This document shows, piece by piece, positions 36,334 to 48,100 of a stretch of DNA of 64,000 bases (its first letter is position 1; every line of letters starts with the position of its first letter). The translations under genes and the position numbers were made by a program. Below the pieces are notes generated by a model, which was not told the DNA's origin, ran no database searches, and was given only the letters and a program-made list of their open reading frames with translations. The DNA comes from Bacteroidales bacterium (lineage in GTDB: Bacteria; Bacteroidota; Bacteroidia; Bacteroidales; JACABE01), in the NCBI GenBank assembly GCA_049315385.1, contig JBMOKG010000015.1, forward strand, positions 71-64,070, given 5' to 3'.

Positions 36334-39300
36334 ATGAAAGTATTTCACATAACAGTAATTTTATTTCTAATTACCTTCGGCTCATATGCCCAACCCTTAA
36401 CAGGGACAAAAAATATACCCGGTGATTATTCAACAATACAACAGGCAATAGCAGCGTTAAATTTATATGGAACTGCTTCACCGGGAGTTACTTTTAATAT
36501 TGCATCAGGATATGGTGAAAATGAAAATACGAGTAATTTGCAATTTATAATTAATACCAATACAGGAAGTGCATCAGCACCTATTGTATTTCAAAAAACT
36601 CCGGGAGGAACGGTTAATCCCAAAATAAATGTATCCGGAGGCGGTTGGGGAGTCAGCACTGATGCCGGAATTGTTATTGCAGGTACTGATTATATAACAT
36701 TTGACGGAATCGATATTTTTGCTACAGATAATAGTATTGAATGGGGATATGGCTTAGTAAAGAGGAATAACACAGCTCCTTATGATGGTGCTCAGCATGT
36801 AATAATAAGAAACAGTAAGATCACATTAAACAAAACCAATCCATCAGCAACTTCTGGTATTTATACTGGTAATCACATTGCAACTAACTTAAACCAACTT
36901 ACGATAACTTCGTCGTCAGATGCAAACAGTTTTTGTCAATTTTATAATGATACAATTTCAAATGTTAATTATGGGTTTTATTTAAATGGGTATAATGCTT
37001 CAAGCCCCTACTCATTATACGATCAAAATAATGAAATAGGACTTAGTGGTCAAAATGTAATTAAAGATTTTGGTAATAGCACAAACCCTTCGGGTATTAA
37101 TATAAGTTATCAGAATAATATTAATATTTCAAACAATAGTATAACCTCAGCAGTAGCGGCAATTTCTACTTTTAATATTTATGGAATAAATATGGGAACA
37201 GCTGCTCAATCCAGTGCAACAGTTAGTAACAATACAATAAGTATAAACTCTTCAGGTGGTGGACAGGGAATATATGGAATTTATTCAGCTTATGGTGGAA
37301 CTGGGATAACAAATACTTTAAATATTGCCAATAATACCATTCAAAGCTTAAATTGTACTGCTTCTACTAACGCAAACTGTTACGGAATTTACAATAGTCT
37401 AACAATTAACGGACCTGGTACAATTAATATTAATAATAACAGTATCCATGATATTAATATTCCAGGCACAGGAAATTTATATGGTATGGATGCAGGATCA
37501 GCTCTTTATATAAATATTTTTAATGATACTTTATACAACCTTACTAAAAGTGGCAATTCAAATTTATATACATTGCAAGCAAGAACAGGAACGCTTAGTA
37601 TTCATAACAACAAACTGCATGATATAAATATTACAACTGGTAGTGGAACTTTATATGGAATTATTGATGTTTCTAGTCCAACCAATGAAACTTATTACTC
37701 AAATACAATCTCTGATTTTAATCATCTGGGAAACGGAGATGTTTATGGTATGCACTTATATACAACTGGAGGAACAAGAAGTACATTTTTAAATATTATT
37801 CACTCTCTTACCTCAGCAGGTGGTTCTGTTACCGGTATGTATCATGATTTAAGCACACCAAATATATATAAGAATAATATTTATGATCTGACTTCAACTA
37901 CGACAACTGGAATGGTAAATGGTGTTACTATAAATGGTGGAAATAATATTTATTTGTATAATAATTTCATTTCTGATTTAAAGACTCCACAGGCAACTGG
38001 TACAAATGCTATTAAAGGAATAAATAAAGCATCGTCGGGAAACATATTTTATTGTTATAATAATAGTATATACATAAATGCTAGTAGTAATTCTACAACA
38101 ACTTTTGGAACTTCCGGAATATTTGCCGATACTTATTACAATACTGAACTTAAGAATAATATTGTCATTAATAATTCTACACCGGTATTTATAACTGCTC
38201 CTGCATATACAGTAGCATATCGAAGAAGCTCTTCCACAATATCCACTTATTCATCAGCTTCCAATAATAATTGTTTTTATGCAGGCACTCCCGGACCTAA
38301 TAATCTGATTTACTTCGATGGAAGCAATGGAGACCAAACCGTTACTATGATGAAAGTTAGAGTAACTCCACGCGAAACCAATTCCTTTACAGAAATACCT
38401 GCATTTGTTAATGCAGCAGGACACGATTTACATATTTCTGCATCAACTCCAACTGCAATTGAAAGTAGTGGATTAAGAATAACTACACCAATTGCCATTT
38501 TAAATGATTATGATGGGGATATACGTTTTGCCGAAATTGGATATACAGGAAGTGGCACAGCACCAGATGTAGGAGCAGATGAAGGTAATTTTACTGCTTT
38601 ATCAAATATGACTTATCAATCTTCAACAATAGTTCAGCAATCGAATTATGCATTTTCGGGGAATACTAATCAGTCTGTGATTCAAATCAAAGTTTCATTG
38701 AGTGGAAATAGTTCGCCCTTGTCAGTAAGTCAGTTTAATTTAAATAGTAATGGAACAACAGATATAACAGATATAAATATTACTCCTGCCAAAATATACT
38801 TTACCGGAAATTCGGCTGTATATGGTCCCGGAATATTATTTGGAACAGCCACACTAACAATCTCTAATTTTACAATATCCGGTTCCCAATCTTTAATAAA
38901 TGGTGATAATTATTTCTGGTTGGTTTATGATATCAAACAAACAGCTCCAACTGGACATTTTATTGATGGTGAATGTACAAGTATAACTATTGGTGGTGTA
39001 CCGAAAATACCTTCTGTAACTGCACCAGCTGGTAACCGCATAATTTACGGACCAATGAGTGGAACTTATTTGGTTGGGGCAGGTAATACTTACCCTAATT
39101 TTGCAACTTTAACTGAAGCGGCATTAAATATTAATAATCGCGGACTAAATGCCCCTGTAGTTTTTAGTCTTACCAATAACTCTTCTATACCTTACAATGT
39201 TGCAAATGGAGAAATTTTTCCTATAACTTTTACTGAAATCCCACTTGCATCTTTAAGCAATAATATAACTATTAAGCCAGCTAATAGTACAAGTCCGATT

Positions 39301-42300
39301 ATTACTAGCAATAGTACAACCTCTACATTAATGTTAAATGGGACTGATTATTTTACAATAAATGGATCAAATAGCAATGCTGCTTCCAGAAATCTTACAA
39401 TAGAAAATTCCAACACTGCCAATGGTACTGCTGCACTTCAGATTTCTACAGGACCTTTATATTTGGGTGCAAACCACAATACGATTAAAAATTGTGTAAT
39501 ATGGGGAGGCGAAACCTATACGAGTGTTAATGCAAATTACGCTTTATCAGTTGGTTATAACATTGGATCAACGGGAGAGGATAATGATTATCTTACTATT
39601 GATAACAATGAAATCAGCAAGGCTTTTATTGGTTTATATATAGGTGGAACTACAACTTTTGTAACAGATAATTTATCTGTTACAAATAATACTATTGGTT
39701 CTGCAGATTCAAATTATTTCATTCATTATTGCGGAGCTATTTTTTACAATACTTCCGGTACTGTTTCAGGAAATGAAATAAAAGGTGTGCAAACAAATGT
39801 TTATACAGGTAATTATTGTACTTTAGGTGTACATTTGGGTGCCGGGGTTAAAAATATGCTATTTGTAAAAAACAGTATTCATGGAGTTGGAAATCCATCT
39901 TACATTAATCCTGGTAGCGGAATTAATATAGATCTTGCAAGTCCCGGAAATAATGTCACCATTGCGAATAACATTATTTATGATATTAGCGGATTGGGTT
40001 CGGGAAATATTGGTTCCTACGGTATGGCCGGAATTAAAATAAACGGAATATCAACCAATGTTAAGATATATTACAATTCGATAAATTTGAGTGGATATAT
40101 TAATTCCCCAACTGCTACTTCTGATATCAGTGCTGCAATTTTTATAGGCAATATGGTTTCTCAAATTGATATAAGAAATAATATCTTTAATAACGCTATT
40201 GAAAACACAACAGGAATATCTAAAGCCTATGCAATTTATTCGGCTTCATCGTCGTCAGGATTTACTAACCTTGATTACAATGATTATTATGTATCTGGTA
40301 ATGAAGGTGTGCTCGGATATTTCGGAAGTGATAAACTAACACTTGCCGACTGGAAAACTGCATCAGGTAAAGATGTTAATTCCAAATCAGTATCACCTGA
40401 TTTTAACAGTTCAACAAATCTCAACCCTTATGCTGCATCTCCTGTTTTAGATGTTTGCAATGTATTATCAATTACTGATGATTATCTAGGCACTTCGAGA
40501 ACACCTCTTACGTCCATGGGAGCTTATGAAATTGGCTCCGATAAAACGGCTCCGATAATCAACTATCAACCTTTATATAATACTCATTTATTGGGTTCAA
40601 GAACTCTTATTGCTTATATTCATGATTATCATGGTTCTGTTCCAACATACGGATTAGGGCTACCGCGTCTATATTGGAGAATTAACAATAATCCTTATTC
40701 TATAGTTAGCGGTTCATGGGTAAGCGATAGTACTTTCCAATTTTCATTTGGTTCTGGTGTGGTCTTAGGTAATACGGTAAGCTATTTTATTGTAGCCCAG
40801 GATACACTGAGTTCTTCAAATGTCGGATCATATCCTTCTTTAAATTCAGGTGGATTTGGGTCATTCCCGCCTTCTTGTTCTATTCCTCCTACTTTTGTTT
40901 CGACATACAAAATTGTTGCAGGGATTTCCGGCACCAAAAATATACCCGGTGATTACAGCAGCATTACAGGTGCAGCGGGTTTGTTTGCTGATTTAAACAA
41001 TAAAGTATTAACCGGAAATTTATTTATTAGAATAAATGACAATTTAACTGAGGATGGATTAAATGCCCTTAATGAAATTAATGTTGAAGACAGCTCTTTT
41101 CATTTATATATATCAAATTATGATACTATAGTTCCTCATACTGTATCTGGAAGTTATCAGGGCACACTTATCAGATTGAATGGAGCAGATGGCGTAACTA
41201 TCAGAGGCTATAACAAACTAAAGTTTGTGAATACTAACTCAAATACAGGAAATACCCTTAGTCTCTCCAATGGTTGTGACAATAATGTAATTGATGGCTG
41301 TATTTTTAATACTTCAACACCAACAAATTTTTCGGCAATTACCATTTCTGGGTATAGTAAAAATAATATTATAAAGAATAATACCATTTTTAAATGTGCA
41401 ATAGGTATAAATCTCGATGGAATATACTGGAACCAAAGTTCGGGTAATGTTATATCTAATAATATATTGGGTACTTCTGCAACAAATCAATATATTTACA
41501 ATATTGCTATCAATGCTTATTATCAAGACGATCTTTTAATAAAAGGAAATGAAATTGCATATATGATTACCAACAGCATTAACCTTCATGCTATTTATTT
41601 AGAAGCAGTTACTAATTCAATTGTTGAAAAAAATAATATTCATGATAATTACTATGCAGGAAGCAGCTATAATGGTGCCAGTGGAATTACATTTAAATCA
41701 TTTAGTGCAAATCCTAATATAATTATCAGAAACAATGTTATCCGTCATGTTGCAGGATTAGGTTCAAGCCCGAATGCAGGGGATTATAATACTATTCCTG
41801 CAGGTATCAAATTGTTTGGAAATGCAACTACAGGAATTTATATTTACAACAATTCGATAAACATGAATAAAGATACTGTTAATGGTATTTTTTACAATAA
41901 CGAATGGTTTACAGCACTTGAAGTTGGTGCAGGTATTTCAGGTGTCACTTTACTGAACAATATTTTACAAAACAGTGTTGGTGAACGTGCTTCTTCAACA
42001 ATAAGCTGGGGTTATGCTATATATTGTAAATCGGCTACATCGCCTTTTGCTAACATTAATAACAATATTTATTTTGTTTCTAACTACGATAATAATTATG
42101 TTGCATTGGTTGGTACAGTTTCACCACCAGTAAATAATATGAATCTTGCTCAATGGAGAGCTTTTACAGGACAGGATTTACAGTCACTTAATACTGATCC
42201 TTTGTTTACTTCTGTGACAAATCTTATTCCTAAATCAAATTCACCAGCTATTGGTGCCGGGCAAGCATTACCGGGAATTGTTGATGATGATTTTATTGCA

Positions 42301-44265
42301 TATCAACGTGGTATACCAACTACCATTGGTGCGTATGAAGTTCTTTCAATTCTTACTACTTGTATTCCTCCGTCAACTCAGGCCAGTTCTTTTACTGTTT
42401 CTATAGTAAGTAATACTTCTATTTCAGCAGAATGGTCTAGAGGAAATGGGAATGCTGTTTTGGTTGTTTCCAGACAAGGAAGTGCTGTAAACAGCGATCC
42501 TATGAATGGCACTATTTATTCAGCAAATTCTGATTTTGGAAGTGGATCTGAGATTGGAAACGGTAATTTTGTTGTTTACAATGGTACAGGAAATAATGTA
42601 AATATTACGGCTCTTACTCAGGAAACTACTTATCATTTTGCTGTTTATGAATACAATACTTTAAATACTTGTTATAAAGTTGCAGGAGCAACTACATTTG
42701 GTATAACTTCAGCACCTAATTCAACCTTTACAGCAGCTATTTCTAATGCATGGGAAAATGCTGCCAACTGGAATCATGGCGTTCCAAGTGCTACAACTAC
42801 TGCTACTATTGCAGCAACAAAATTAGCAATTGTAAACTCAATGAATTTACAATGTAAAAAATTAATCATTCAACCAAATGCAAAATTAACAATCAATACT
42901 GATAAAAACCTAAGGGTCATTGATACTTTAATTTTACAATCAGATGCATCGGGAACGGCTTCATTAATTGACAATGGTAGCTTATTAACAACAACAAATC
43001 TGGTGGAACGTTATATTCCTCATACATTTAATGATGAATTCCACATGTTGTCTTCTCCAGTAGCTAATCAACCTATAAGTCCTTTTTTTAATGAGCCTTA
43101 TGGATTTTTTGCATGGGACGAACCTACAGGAAATTGGGTTGATTTTGCTGATGCAGCAAATTTTGCAGCTGCCAATGGTGGAACAAATTTTGTTCCTGGA
43201 AGAGGCTATGCTGTTTCTTATCCTGCTGAAACAACTAAAAGCTTTACTGGCAATCTGAATACCGGAAATTTAAACATTCCACTTAGTGTTACTAATGGTT
43301 TATATAGCGGATGGAATTTTGTAGCCAACCCCTACCCTTCGGCTATTAACTGGAATGCAACAAGTGGATGGACAAGAAATATGTTGTCAGATGCTGGCAG
43401 TGGAGAAAAAGCAATCTGGGTTTGGAATGCAACCACAGCCAACTACGGAGCTTATATTTCCAATGCAGCATTAGGCACAAATAGTGTGAGCAGACTTATT
43501 CCTTCGGCACAGGGATTCTGGGTAAAAGCATCAACTGCAGGCACTTTAAGCATGAGTAATTCTATCAGAGAACATGCTGATCAGGCATTTTTGAAATCTA
43601 CCACATCAATTTCTGATATGCTTCGTCTTTCAGTTACTGGAACTACGAATACCTATAGTGATGAACTCATCATTCAGTTTGGTAATACAAATGATTTGGG
43701 TGGTGCCGAAAAAATGTTCAGTCTGGATGCAGCAGCACCGGGAATTTACTCAACAAAATCAGGTAAGAACTGGAGTATCAGCATGCTTACCTCAATAGTT
43801 GATCATTCTACTATTCCTGTTGGGTTTAAAGCAGGTGTAAATGGTAATTATACAATAACAGTAAGTGATTTAAACAGTTTTACTTCACCCTGCTATTCCT
43901 ATTTAAAAGATCTGGCTACCAATACTATCACTGATTTGAATCATAATACTACTTATACATTTACAGCTTCGACCAGTGATAATACGAATCGTTTCCAACT
44001 ACTATTTGCTGCTTCACCTTTGAACATTACTAATTATAACACTCAGAATACCAGCATTTATGCATACAATAACAGTATTTATATAAATTCTAAGGAAGCA
44101 ATTCTACAAATATGCATATATAATACAGTGGGGCAATTACTCAAAACTGTTGAAAAAGCAAATAATAATACTGTAATCAGCATGAAGGAATTTGCTGCTG
44201 CTTATTATATTGTAAAAGTAGTGACTGCTAAGAATGTATATGCTGAAAAAGTATTGGTGAAATAA
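36334..44265 (+). CDS. Giant T9SS-sorted surface protein (2643 aa): beta-helix head, middle beta-helix regions, an FN3-like module, and the shared C-terminal module
   Basis: ORF track. Signal peptide MKVFHITVILFLITFGSYAQ. The head LTGTKNIPGDYSTIQQAIAALN is homologous to the head of 15637. A second GTKNIPGDYSSI start motif occurs at about 40921. The FN3-like module is TTCIPPSTQASSFTVS...WSRGNGNAVLVVSRQGSAVNSDP. The tail is nearly identical to that of 24028..32226. Confidence 0.9.
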   Translation: MKVFHITVILFLITFGSYAQPLTGTKNIPGDYSTIQQAIAALNLYGTASPGVTFNIASGYGENENTSNLQFIINTNTGSASAPIVFQKTPGGTVNPKINVSGGGWGVSTDAGIVIAGTDYITFDGIDIFATDNSIEWGYGLVKRNNTAPYDGAQHVIIRNSKITLNKTNPSATSGIYTGNHIATNLNQLTITSSSDANSFCQFYNDTISNVNYGFYLNGYNASSPYSLYDQNNEIGLSGQNVIKDFGNSTNPSGINISYQNNINISNNSITSAVAAISTFNIYGINMGTAAQSSATVSNNTISINSSGGGQGIYGIYSAYGGTGITNTLNIANNTIQSLNCTASTNANCYGIYNSLTINGPGTININNNSIHDINIPGTGNLYGMDAGSALYINIFNDTLYNLTKSGNSNLYTLQARTGTLSIHNNKLHDINITTGSGTLYGIIDVSSPTNETYYSNTISDFNHLGNGDVYGMHLYTTGGTRSTFLNIIHSLTSAGGSVTGMYHDLSTPNIYKNNIYDLTSTTTTGMVNGVTINGGNNIYLYNNFISDLKTPQATGTNAIKGINKASSGNIFYCYNNSIYINASSNSTTTFGTSGIFADTYYNTELKNNIVINNSTPVFITAPAYTVAYRRSSSTISTYSSASNNNCFYAGTPGPNNLIYFDGSNGDQTVTMMKVRVTPRETNSFTEIPAFVNAAGHDLHISASTPTAIESSGLRITTPIAILNDYDGDIRFAEIGYTGSGTAPDVGADEGNFTALSNMTYQSSTIVQQSNYAFSGNTNQSVIQIKVSLSGNSSPLSVSQFNLNSNGTTDITDINITPAKIYFTGNSAVYGPGILFGTATLTISNFTISGSQSLINGDNYFWLVYDIKQTAPTGHFIDGECTSITIGGVPKIPSVTAPAGNRIIYGPMSGTYLVGAGNTYPNFATLTEAALNINNRGLNAPVVFSLTNNSSIPYNVANGEIFPITFTEIPLASLSNNITIKPANSTSPIITSNSTTSTLMLNGTDYFTINGSNSNAASRNLTIENSNTANGTAALQISTGPLYLGANHNTIKNCVIWGGETYTSVNANYALSVGYNIGSTGEDNDYLTIDNNEISKAFIGLYIGGTTTFVTDNLSVTNNTIGSADSNYFIHYCGAIFYNTSGTVSGNEIKGVQTNVYTGNYCTLGVHLGAGVKNMLFVKNSIHGVGNPSYINPGSGINIDLASPGNNVTIANNIIYDISGLGSGNIGSYGMAGIKINGISTNVKIYYNSINLSGYINSPTATSDISAAIFIGNMVSQIDIRNNIFNNAIENTTGISKAYAIYSASSSSGFTNLDYNDYYVSGNEGVLGYFGSDKLTLADWKTASGKDVNSKSVSPDFNSSTNLNPYAASPVLDVCNVLSITDDYLGTSRTPLTSMGAYEIGSDKTAPIINYQPLYNTHLLGSRTLIAYIHDYHGSVPTYGLGLPRLYWRINNNPYSIVSGSWVSDSTFQFSFGSGVVLGNTVSYFIVAQDTLSSSNVGSYPSLNSGGFGSFPPSCSIPPTFVSTYKIVAGISGTKNIPGDYSSITGAAGLFADLNNKVLTGNLFIRINDNLTEDGLNALNEINVEDSSFHLYISNYDTIVPHTVSGSYQGTLIRLNGADGVTIRGYNKLKFVNTNSNTGNTLSLSNGCDNNVIDGCIFNTSTPTNFSAITISGYSKNNIIKNNTIFKCAIGINLDGIYWNQSSGNVISNNILGTSATNQYIYNIAINAYYQDDLLIKGNEIAYMITNSINLHAIYLEAVTNSIVEKNNIHDNYYAGSSYNGASGITFKSFSANPNIIIRNNVIRHVAGLGSSPNAGDYNTIPAGIKLFGNATTGIYIYNNSINMNKDTVNGIFYNNEWFTALEVGAGISGVTLLNNILQNSVGERASSTISWGYAIYCKSATSPFANINNNIYFVSNYDNNYVALVGTVSPPVNNMNLAQWRAFTGQDLQSLNTDPLFTSVTNLIPKSNSPAIGAGQALPGIVDDDFIAYQRGIPTTIGAYEVLSILTTCIPPSTQASSFTVSIVSNTSISAEWSRGNGNAVLVVSRQGSAVNSDPMNGTIYSANSDFGSGSEIGNGNFVVYNGTGNNVNITALTQETTYHFAVYEYNTLNTCYKVAGATTFGITSAPNSTFTAAISNAWENAANWNHGVPSATTTATIAATKLAIVNSMNLQCKKLIIQPNAKLTINTDKNLRVIDTLILQSDASGTASLIDNGSLLTTTNLVERYIPHTFNDEFHMLSSPVANQPISPFFNEPYGFFAWDEPTGNWVDFADAANFAAANGGTNFVPGRGYAVSYPAETTKSFTGNLNTGNLNIPLSVTNGLYSGWNFVANPYPSAINWNATSGWTRNMLSDAGSGEKAIWVWNATTANYGAYISNAALGTNSVSRLIPSAQGFWVKASTAGTLSMSNSIREHADQAFLKSTTSISDMLRLSVTGTTNTYSDELIIQFGNTNDLGGAEKMFSLDAAAPGIYSTKSGKNWSISMLTSIVDHSTIPVGFKAGVNGNYTITVSDLNSFTSPCYSYLKDLATNTITDLNHNTTYTFTASTSDNTNRFQLLFAASPLNITNYNTQNTSIYAYNNSIYINSKEAILQICIYNTVGQLLKTVEKANNNTVISMKEFAAAYYIVKVVTAKNVYAEKVLVK
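42727..44265 (+). other. Shared C-terminal module copy 4 (tail type II)
   Basis: Starts at FTAAISNAWENAANWNHGVP. By eye it is about 90% identical in DNA to copy 3 over most of its length. It is 100% identical over 43724..44191. Confidence 0.85.
43724..44191 (+). repeat. Partner of the 468-bp identical tract at 31686..32153
   Basis: Same comparison as for 31686..32153. Confidence 0.9.
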
Positions 44266-44356
44266 CCACTCCATAGCTTCCTATACATGGGAACAGGCTC
44301 TCCACGATGGGAAAGTCATAAGGAATACTTGTAAACAAAAATATTAATTTGAAACT

Positions 44357-44390
44357 AAGAGCGGATGAATGAAATCATCCGCTCTTTTTT
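44357..44390 (+). terminator. Rho-independent terminator after the 36334..44265 gene
   Basis: AAGAGCGGATGA (44357-44368) pairs with TCATCCGCTCTT (44375-44386), a 12-bp stem with a 6-nt loop. It is followed by TTTT. Confidence 0.75.
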
Positions 44391-44476
44391 CTTTCAAACT
44401 AATAAAAAAACCTTCAAGATGATCTAAAGCAATAAACTCAAAATATTGGTTCAGGCCTATGTAACATTTTGCAGGA

Positions 44477-44509
44477 TTTATCTTACAGTAAAATCAGTTT
44501 TATCTTACA
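44477..44509 (+). promoter_or_regulatory. Direct repeat TTTATCTTACA x2 (44477-44487 and 44499-44509; 22-bp spacing), followed by a TATTTTTG box at 44531-44538
   Basis: Read directly from the sequence. Its layout (two direct repeats about two helical turns apart, then a -7-like box) parallels 36224-36290, but the repeat sequence differs. It lies about 580 nt upstream of the ATG at 45118. A second TAnnTTTG match (TACTTTTG) is at 44684-44691. Confidence 0.25.
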
Positions 44510-45117
44510 TTAAATTACTTTTATTTAGAGTATTTTTGATAATCTTATGATAATATACTATTATGCCTTGATAAAAAAACAAATACATTTAACTAATTAA
44601 TCCTTAATATATTAAAATTCTCCCGTTTAAAATAATTTTACTTAACAAGCTAAAGATAATTTACATTTAGAAAATACTTGAACTACTTTTGTAAAAAAAT
44701 CTAAAAAATAATACCAGAAACAACTGAAAAATCTGTTTTTTAAAGAATAAGATTAAAAGCATACAAAATACAAATTATAAAGTACTTGAAAGAGAACTTA
44801 AATGAAAGTTTCAAAATAACTTCCTCAATTATTTGAATAGAAATTATTCGTTAAATTAGATTATTCAGATAATAATATATGCATAAATTATAGTAAGAAA
44901 TAAATAATCATGGAGCTAATCTAATTATACAATTTATAAAAGTTTCATCTTAAATTTAAAAAATTAACGCTTTGAAAAGTGGAAGTTATTTAGAAAGCAT
45001 ATCTTAGTTTAAAAAAAAATGTCATGAAAAATGATTTAATGTGAAAAGTGCTAACTAAATCGTTAGCAATATTATTTTTATTAAAAATCCATACATACTC
45101 AAATAAATTATAAGTTT

Positions 45118-48100
45118 ATGAAAAAATCAATTACCAATTTTAAGATAATGGAAATTATTAAATCTTTAATTTTCATTTTCTTCTTTTTTTCAATTAGGAT
45201 GACAGTGATTGGACAATCTGCACCAATCTTTGATGCAAATATAGCTACAATACATTCTACTGTAAAAAACTGCGGGTCCTTGACTCCAAATATTACTGGA
45301 AATGTAGTATCTATTACAAATGCTACCTATCCGGTAAATCCAACAACTAGCGTTAATGGCTGTGGTCCTGTTGTTTACAAATGGCAATATTCAGATTTAG
45401 GCACTTATGGATCCTGGACAGATATAAATTCATTTAGCAGTTCAAACATAGACTTTCCAAATAACATCACTTATACAAACAATGGAAGTTCTGATCGTGT
45501 TTTTTACATTCGTCGTGCTGTTTATGATTCATGTAGTATACCCACATGGAGTCAAACAGAAGCCTGGACTTCACCCATAAAATACACTATTTACCCACCT
45601 TTCACATCTTCAATTACAGCACAAACAAATGTAAATTGCTTTAATAGTTCAACAGGAGCAGCAACAGTAACTGTTGTCGGATCTACACCTAATTATACTT
45701 ACAGATGGTATTCAGGGACTAACCGAATAGATTCAACATTATCAACTCCTTCCTTTTCTAATTCCATAAACAATTTAAATGCCGGTACTTATGATGTAAC
45801 CATTAACAGTACTACTGGTTGTTCTACTTCAACATCCGTAACGATTAATCAAGCTACACAATTATCAGCGATAATCAGTTCTTATACTGAACCAAGTTGT
45901 ATCGCAAATAATGGCAGTATTGATCTTTATGTTAGTGGTGGAACACCACCCTATTCTTATGCATGGACTAAAAATTCATCAGCCTTTGCAAACACTGAAG
46001 ATTTAACTTCTTTGTCAACAGGAACTTATGCTGTTACAATTACAGACAGTCAAGGATGTCAGGCTTCTACAACAATTAATTTAAATACAAGTTCAGCACC
46101 ATCGCCTAATCCAATTTCCGGCTCTGCAACTCTTTGTGAAGGAACACTTAATTCAGCATATTCTGTTGTATTGCATACTTATGGACAGCCTTTACCTCCC
46201 GCAGCAGGACATGGAACACCTGGTGATAATCCAGATGGCTCAGTAAACAATTATGCTTGGTCTTACAGTGGAACAGCTATAATTAATGCTACATCCAGCG
46301 TTAATGCAATTACTATGAATTTTGGAGCTGGCACTACAAGTGGTATATTAACAGTTATAGAAACAATTCCAAACACAGGCTGCTCTTATACAAACACTCT
46401 GTCTATAACTGTTATTCCTCTCCCAGCTAATGCAGGAACAATTTCAGGAGCAAATACTGTATGTCAGAATCAGACATTAGTTACATATACAGTTCCTGCT
46501 ATTACAAATGCAACTTCTTATATATGGACATTGCCTACAGGTGCAACTGGTACCAGTACAACAAATTCAATAACAGTAAATTATAGCACCACAGCCATAT
46601 CAGGAAATATTACAGTTAAAGGGCATAACAGTTGTGGAGATGGTATAATTTCAAGTTTGAGCGTCACTGTAAATCCATTGCCTGTTACTGCAGGAGAAAT
46701 TTCAGGTTTATCAACAGTTTGTCAGGGACAATCATCTGTAAATTATACAGTTCCAGCTATTACAAACGCTACATCTTATGTTTGGATGTTACCCTCAGGT
46801 GCAAGCGGTACAAGCACAACAAATAGCATTACAGTAAATTATTCACCTACAGCTGTATCAGGAAATATTACTGTTAAAGGGCATAATTCCTGCGGTGATG
46901 GGATTGTATCAAATTTAGCAATTCTTGTAAATTCGCTACCTTATGGAGCTGGAGCAATCAGCGGCACAACAACTGTATGCCAGGGACAATTATCTGTAAC
47001 TTATTCAATATCTGCAATTTTAAATGCTACAACTTATATATGGACATTGCCAACAGGTACAACAGGAACAAGCTCTACTAACTCAATTACAGTAAATTAT
47101 GAATCATCTGCAATTTCAGGAAATATAACAGTAAGAGGAAATAATGCATGTGGTATCGGAGATATCTCAACACTTGCAATTACAGTAAATCCATTACCTG
47201 TTACAGCTGGAACAATCTCAGGTAGTTCAACCGTATGTCAGAACCAAAATAGTGTAACGTATACAGTACCATCAATTACAAATGCGACTACCTATTCCTG
47301 GACATTGCCCACAGGTGCAAGTGGTACTAGTACAACTAATAGTATTACAGTAAATTATTCCACTTCTGCAGTTTCAGGAAATATTACAGTAAAAGGACAT
47401 AATTCATGTGGTGATGGAAATTTATCTACAATGGTTATTACTGTAAATCCATTACCAATTGCTGCGGCTACGATTTCAGGAAACTCTTTTGTATGCCAGG
47501 GTCAAAACAATATAACTTATACCGTTCCAACTATAACTAACGCAACATCCTATATCTGGACATTGCCAACAGGAGCATCCGGAACTAGTTCTACAAACTC
47601 AATAACTGTAAATTACGGAACCAATGCAGTTTCAGGAAATATTACTGTTAAAGGGCATAATGATTGCGGTGATGGGGCGATTTCTACATTAACAATTACA
47701 ATAAACCTTATACCAGTAAATGCCGGAATAATTTCTGGAACAACAAATGTTTGTCAGGGTCAAACTAACTTTACCTATTCAGTCCCAACAATAACCAATG
47801 CTTCAACCTATATATGGACGTTACCAACTGGAGCTTCCGGAACAAGTTCTACTAACTCAATTACAGTAAATTATGGAACATCTGTTATTTCAGGAAATAT
47901 TACAGTAAAAGGAAATAATTCCTGTGGAGATGGAATTTCTTCCAGTATAGCAATTACAGTTAATCCATTACCATTCGCTGCCGGAACAATTACAGGTGCA
48001 ACAAACGTTTGTCAGAGTCAATCTTCTGTAACTTATTCGCTACCAACAATTACAAATGCAACTTCCTATATCTGTTCATTACCAACAGGTACAACAGGCT

